Source: the human T2T-CHM13v2.0 reference genome, Homo sapiens
NCBI RefSeq assembly: GCF_009914755.1
Contig: NC_060925.1
Length of the DNA stretch: 64,000 bases
Direction: 5' to 3' (one strand)
In this document: positions 57,546 through 64,000 of the stretch, in pieces
Numbering within the stretch: the first letter of the stretch is position 1
Layout: each line of letters opens with the position of its first letter
Notes under the pieces: model-generated
Database searches by the model: none
The model's input: only the letters and a program-made list of their open reading frames with translations
Told to the model about the DNA's origin: nothing
Translations under genes and position numbers: made by a program

Positions 57546-59629
57546 GGAAGCAATCCTTTTTTACATTACATTTCTACCCTTACTTAATACAAACAAGACA
57601 AGAAAAGAAGCCTGCATAATGTCACTTCTAAACCCATATTTTGCATGTGACATTCCCATGTTCTCGTTTTTGGATGTCTCAGCCTTAGCAATTCGATTTT
57701 GAAGGATGAGGAAATATGTTAATACTGAAAGAAGACTCAATGCCAAATGATATGCCTTCATAAATTGATTAGAATTTTCTTTCTATTCATTTTACCCTGA
57801 TTTAATTTCTGATTATTTTATTTCTAGTTGTTCAGCATTTCTAATCTTTTATAACAAAAGAATGGATGGCACATAGACACAAAAGAAAAAGAAACAGAGC
57901 TTCCATTTCTGAATTCTATTATTTTACAGTCATTTACACATGGTTGCAAACTCTAGTAACACAAAGTGTTTCCTCTGAAGGAAAGGAAAAAAAAAAAAAA
58001 ACAGTGATAACTAAGTACACTCCTTAGTGTATGCAAGACAAACAATATTTTTCCCAGTATGTCTCTAATCCCTCAGTGATAAGCTTCTCTGTGAAGAGTT
58101 GATCACAATACCAACATTCTCTCCATTAACATAACAATTGCTAAATTTAAAACAAAGACATTCTAATTTGAACAATATAAGAAGATTGTGAGATATTTCT
58201 GGTCCTTGAGATCAGAGCTTATGGTCAACTTAGGATATGATTCTGAGACGCCAATCCTGAACAGGAATTAACTCTTTCTTAGCCAATACCTACCACCATT
58301 TATATTCTGAGAAGACACAGAGGACAGGAATACATTATTATATCCTGAGGACAGGAATACATTATTTTCCTTACTTCAGTGTCTGACTCATCTTGGGGCC
58401 AGCTTCTCTATAGACAGAATTTGTCCATCCTTTACTTCAACAATCAAAATGTAGGTGATTGTTACATTAATGCCTGATCAAACTTAACCTTTTTGGATTT
58501 TTTCCCACATTTCACAGAAGAGCTAAATGAGGTACAAAGTTGTGCTCTGAATGGATAAGTTAACTGGAAATAAGTCTAAGCCCAGGTAATGAAAACCAGA
58601 TACTTTAAATTATTTCCATTCATTTGATCATCCCACTTTTCATATGATTTCGAGTTTGGTGCTATCATTTGCTGTTGTCACTCCCATTTACCAGAAAGTG
58701 GTGTAAGCCCCTTCTCTCTTTCCTAGAGAAATGTGGGGGTGTTGGTTTAGTCATCTCATAGTTTACACAAAGCATCCACATACTACAGTATTCAGTCCGA
58801 TGGAAAGATAATGTTTTTTTCTTGAGAATAATTTTTGAGTAGCCTCCTGATGGGAGGATTGAGAGCTACCACAGCTCATGTAGTAATCTCTCTCACTGTC
58901 TCTGTCTCTGTCTCTGTGTTTCTTGCTTGTGTCATAATATCAAAGAAGTTAGGAAACAATGTTGTTTCCCTTTTCAGTGTTTCCATATAGATACTCATGA
59001 TGCCATCATTTGTCTGTAATCACTGCCTATTATTACCTATTTTAACTAAGTGGATTTCTTTGCTCTTGTGTTCTTATTTTTGCTATTGCTAATGGCCATC
59101 ATTTTGTTTATAAAGTCTTTTGGGATGCTATTAAGTCTTTCCTCTTCCTTTAGTTGAAACCAAAAGTTTTTTCCAATTTGGGCTGCAATTAGTCTCTCAT
59201 TACGACTGTTAGAGGCTACATCATGAAGTCCTTTTTTTTTAATGTTTTGTCAGGCTAGGAGATGACTGGACTAAAATAAAAATAAAAAGGTTAGCAAGAA
59301 TCTCATTAATTCTGATTTTAAAAAGTGACTAAGTGGCATTTGAACATATTTAGATATGATAAGAAGCCTTTTTGTCATTACAAAGTTGAAAAATGGCTTG
59401 GCATATGCATTTATCTATGTTGTGCTGTCATCACTAAAGAATAGAAAAAATAGAAAGTTGGAGAAATAAGCAGCTAATATTTATAACAAAGTTGTTTGAC
59501 ACATCTATTGAATAAGAAGTTAGAGTAATAAATAAAAGGAGAAATTGAGGAGCAAAAACAAATAACTGACCTTTTCATCGGGTTATGAATGCACACACAA
59601 ACCTCTTAAAAGATATTTATTATATATAA

Positions 59630-59850
59630 TAATAATAGTGTCATTCATTGTACTGACTTTGTGTCCAGTTCTTAACACATTTCATTTCTTAATTTTGAAG
59701 GAAATTCTATAATGTGGGTTTCATTCTCCACAAAACTTCCCATAGACTAAGGGTCTCAAACTTGGGTTAATATAGCTCCTAAGTGGCAGAGCCAAGGTCC
59801 ACGTTCAGATAAGTCTTACTCCAGCACGTTCATCCTTTCCAATGTGTATG
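59630..59850 (-). mobile_element. MIR
   Basis: ATAATAGTGTCATTCATTG...CTAAGTGGCAGAGCCAAGG. Confidence 0.5.
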
Positions 59851-59914
59851 CCTGTGTAATATCGTAATTTAGGAGAAGCCATTTTCTCCACAGAACATGG
59901 TTCCATTAGTAATA

Positions 59915-60150
59915 ATAACATAAATTAATTCATTAAGAGATCATATATTGAGAAGTATAAATAAGCATATTACTTGCCCTCATGTGGTTTACCTTTGAGC
60001 GAGAAACACAGATACTTTAACAAGTAACAGACTATGATAGGACAGCCAAAAGGATGTTCAGAGATGTTCAGAGAAGAAATGATTAATCCTACTTAGAGGG
60101 AAGGAAGAGTGCTTAGGAAAGAACAAAAACACAGAGGTGTGACACATCAG
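59915..60150 (-). mobile_element. L2 fragment
   Basis: CTTGCCCTCATGTGGTTTAC...TTTAACAAGTAA...TATGATAGG. Confidence 0.45.
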
Positions 60151-60585
60151 GTTCTTTAAGGGAAGAGCAAAATTTTCAGTATTCCCAGAGGGTAAGGGTG
60201 GGCAAAAGAGAGAAGAGAGGGGCAGAAGGATTGTTGCCCTGGGGGAAGCAGGGAGTGGGGGTTTCCCTGCCATTCTGACTACACTTCTTCCTACAGAGAT
60301 ATCCTTAAACTAGTATCATTTATTTAAATGTTTATTTTATACTATCTGATGCTTCAATGTCTATTAATATTATAATTTTAAAAGTTAAATAAAGTATAAA
60401 GCATAAAGTTAAAAGTATGATGAGTCTTATCAGAAACAAAATGTTTTATGTTCTCCCTTACTAATCATCAGGATAGTAAGCAACAGACAGCAAAGTTTAA
60501 GCAAAGTTCTACATAATATAAAGATCCTTAAAAAATACCCATTCATCATGAAACACTGAAAATGTAAAGAATATATTTAGAATCA

Positions 60586-60951
<366 letters not shown>

Positions 60952-61639
60952 CTAACTTATCATTAGACAGATTATTCCCAGTGAAAGTCCTCATTTTTTA
61001 GTCAACCATAGGTAGTGTTTTTATTCTGAGCTTAGCAAAAGAGGTCCATGGGGCTGTGTGTGATGGGCAATTTCTGATTATTTGACTGACAACGGGAGTC
61101 TGGGAAAAAGAGAAAGGCAGAGGTCACTGTCACATTTTCTTCTCAGTGTTTCCTGTGTGTGTATATGCCCTCTATAGCTCCATCTGTGTCAATGCTCATT
61201 GTTTTATGTAATAGAGAGGACTGAGGCCACACTTGGCACAGCAGCCTGTGCACTGGGCGCCAATGGCTACTCATAAATGTCACGCTATAGTGATGCTTTG
61301 GAATGTTAAATATTGCACTGGGATAAGGAGAGAGCTGGAAAACTATGAATCATACCGAATTAAATTGTTATATTTACTTATAATAACCCTTATTTTTTCA
61401 GAAGGTGATGTACTAGAAGTCTGACCTCTTCATTTATCTTGAAGAAATAAAACAGAAGACAAATTTGTGTCTGAAATATATAGCTTTCTATTTGATTAAC
61501 TCCATATTTTAAGGCTTCAGTATGTTACATGAAATATCTGTGAATTTGAAGGGTTCAGAGATTAAAACATTCTTTCTCTTTGATCTTGATAAGGCCATAT
61601 CAATTTTTTTTAACTACATGCAAATGTAAAGAGTAAGTC

Positions 61640-61928
61640 GGACGGGTGCGGTGGCTCATGCTTGTAATCCCAGCACTTTGGGAGGCGGAGGCGGGCGGAT
61701 CACGAGGTCAGCAAATCGAGACCACGGTGAAACCCCGTCTCTACTAAAAATACAAAAAATTAGCCGGGCCTGGTGGCGGGCGCCTGTAGTCGCCAGCTAC
61801 TCGGAGAGGCTGAGGCAGGAGAATGGCGTGAACCCGGGAGGCGGAGCTTGCAGTGAGCCCAGATTGCGCCACTGCACTCCAGCCTGGGCGACAGAGCGAG
61901 ACTCCGTCTTAAAAAAAAAAAAAAAAAA
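61640..61928 (+). mobile_element. AluY, Yd lineage (12-bp left-arm deletion)
   Basis: TCGAGACCACGGTGAAACCCC lacks the 12 bp normally between GAGACC and ACGGTG; Y-type right arm; TSD AGTAAGTC at 61632-61639 and 61929-61936. Confidence 0.85.
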
Positions 61929-62067
61929 AGTAAGTCATATATATTTTGGAAGCGGCCAAATTGAACAGCAAACCACTCTTCAAAAAGCACAAATTGAGTT
62001 AGGTTGCCTTTAAGAACGACCTCACTGCTGTGTGCTCTACTGCAACGTTAAAAGAAGAACACATCAT

Positions 62068-62412
<345 letters not shown>

Positions 62413-64000
62413 TCAAAAACAAGTGTATGAACTGTGAGCTCAAAAGCCCAAAAGCCTTGCAGTAATCCCAACCACATGTCAAGTCTCAGAAAGTGGGACG
62501 GTTTCTCCTTTGGAGTTGGGGAACAAAAAAACACTCCAAGGTGTGCAAAGCCAGCAACTCTCCATGAGAGATGGATGAGCCTTCAATGGTTTCTGCTTTC
62601 AAATAATTGTTCAAATGGTCTGCAAGGTATCTTCATTAGCTAAATAAATAACTTTGAGAGCAATTTTTTATTTGTTCAGAGCAGACTTAAAGTAACTATT
62701 CCAGGAGTCTTTACTAGGTCAGAGGCTTCAAGGGTAAATTTATGTTACCTTGAAAAACACACATAGCTTTTTGGGTAAAATGCTCTTTTTAAATGAGAGT
62801 ATGGTATGCTGTGCCAAAAAAAAAAAAATCGAGTAAGTTGAACCTGAAAAAATGAGTTTTCTTCTTTGTGTTGTTATCCTGACATTTCATTCTTGGTCAC
62901 TCAGGCCCCAATTTGCTAATATACTCAAAGCCTGACTCACTTCACATCATTTCATTGTTTGCTCAGAACAGATTGTATAACCAGCAAAGTTAGAAGGTCA
63001 AGTTTATCGATTAAAACCCACAGCAATGAAATATCTGTTAAGCCGGGGTAACTGATTCCCATGTGGCTTAATCCACATAGAATTTTTCCAGATGGAGTGA
63101 TTTTGATAAAAATTTGCAGTACTGTGAGATTTCAACAAAACAAAAATATAAATAGATGCATTATTATTTTAAAATTACAGTGCTCACATTCACAAGTTGA
63201 ATGAATACCTCCACCTCTACATTCTTCCTTCCATTTCTACAGGATCCACAGTAGTTCTCAGCTCTCACTCAAAGGTGGACTAACACAATAATTTTCCAGC
63301 TGGATTCTCTTTCTCAAGTGTTTACATCATAATTGTGTTTTACTCAAACAAAATATCTATTATGCTGCTTCCGTCTTCCTCCATAATCAAACCCAAGCTG
63401 ATCCAAAAAGATGCAGAAGGGATCACCAATATACCAAGGCTCGTTATCCTGAACAATATTTGAAGAGGACAGCCTCATAGTAATGCTAGACAATGTTCAA
63501 TGTAATGATTACCTAAATTCATCACACTGTTATACAACAACATCTTTTGTGGATAAGTTGATAATAGATGTTACCAAATTCTCTATTAGCTAATCTTTTT
63601 TGTCTTTCTAATACAAACTATCTTAACCTTTTTTTTTTTTTTTTAGCATCAGGAACTTTGAGAACAGGATAAAAACTACAGTTACTCTTTCCAGGGGAGA
63701 AGTATCAAAAAGTACCAAATTTTGCATATACTCTCGTTGATTTTTTGGTTAGTGAATCCTTTAATTTAAAATCAAGTCTCCTTGTTTTGGCCAATGTAAC
63801 AGCTATTGTTAGGGTAAAATTGTTCCTCAATAAACAAACAACAAGCAAACATAATACCACATTAGCCAAGAAAGCCTAGGTTCGAGTTTGAGGAAAGTTG
63901 TCTTTAAAAATCTCAAACATATTTTGTCAATCTTATCAATATTTCACCATTTCTTCATATATCTAAGACTGTGTTTCAATAGTTATTGCCAGCTGCAGAG

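Overview
AT-rich primate genomic DNA, almost certainly human given the L1Hs-lineage and AluY diagnostics. It looks intronic or intergenic and contains no recognisable host protein-coding exon. The centrepiece is a full-length ~6.05 kb LINE-1 (32337-38384, +) with a perfect 14-bp TSD, intact ORF1 (338 aa), ORF2 (1275 aa) and antisense ORF0 (71 aa). Its 3'UTR carries the ACG/A signature, an intermediate between L1PA2 and pre-Ta/Ta L1Hs. The rest is a layered repeat landscape: about 14 Alus (J, S, Y, one Yd-lineage) plus a FAM, truncated L1PA/L1PB/L1M pieces, MLT1 and ERV1 LTRs, MER58A/MER5A/Tigger2a DNA transposons, MIR/L2 fossils and several STRs. The most interesting structures I read directly are two fossil L1 3' transductions (9.4-10.0 kb and 50.3-50.8 kb, the second possibly two-step), each splitting an LTR whose halves rejoin. 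There is also a complex L1 junction at 51.6-53.6 kb with 14-bp and 24-bp duplicated tracts, and candidate small exons including a 10-nt microexon-like signal. I do not see evidence for a wholly new biological system. Repeat subfamily names and consensus comparisons come from memory and need RepeatMasker/Dfam confirmation.
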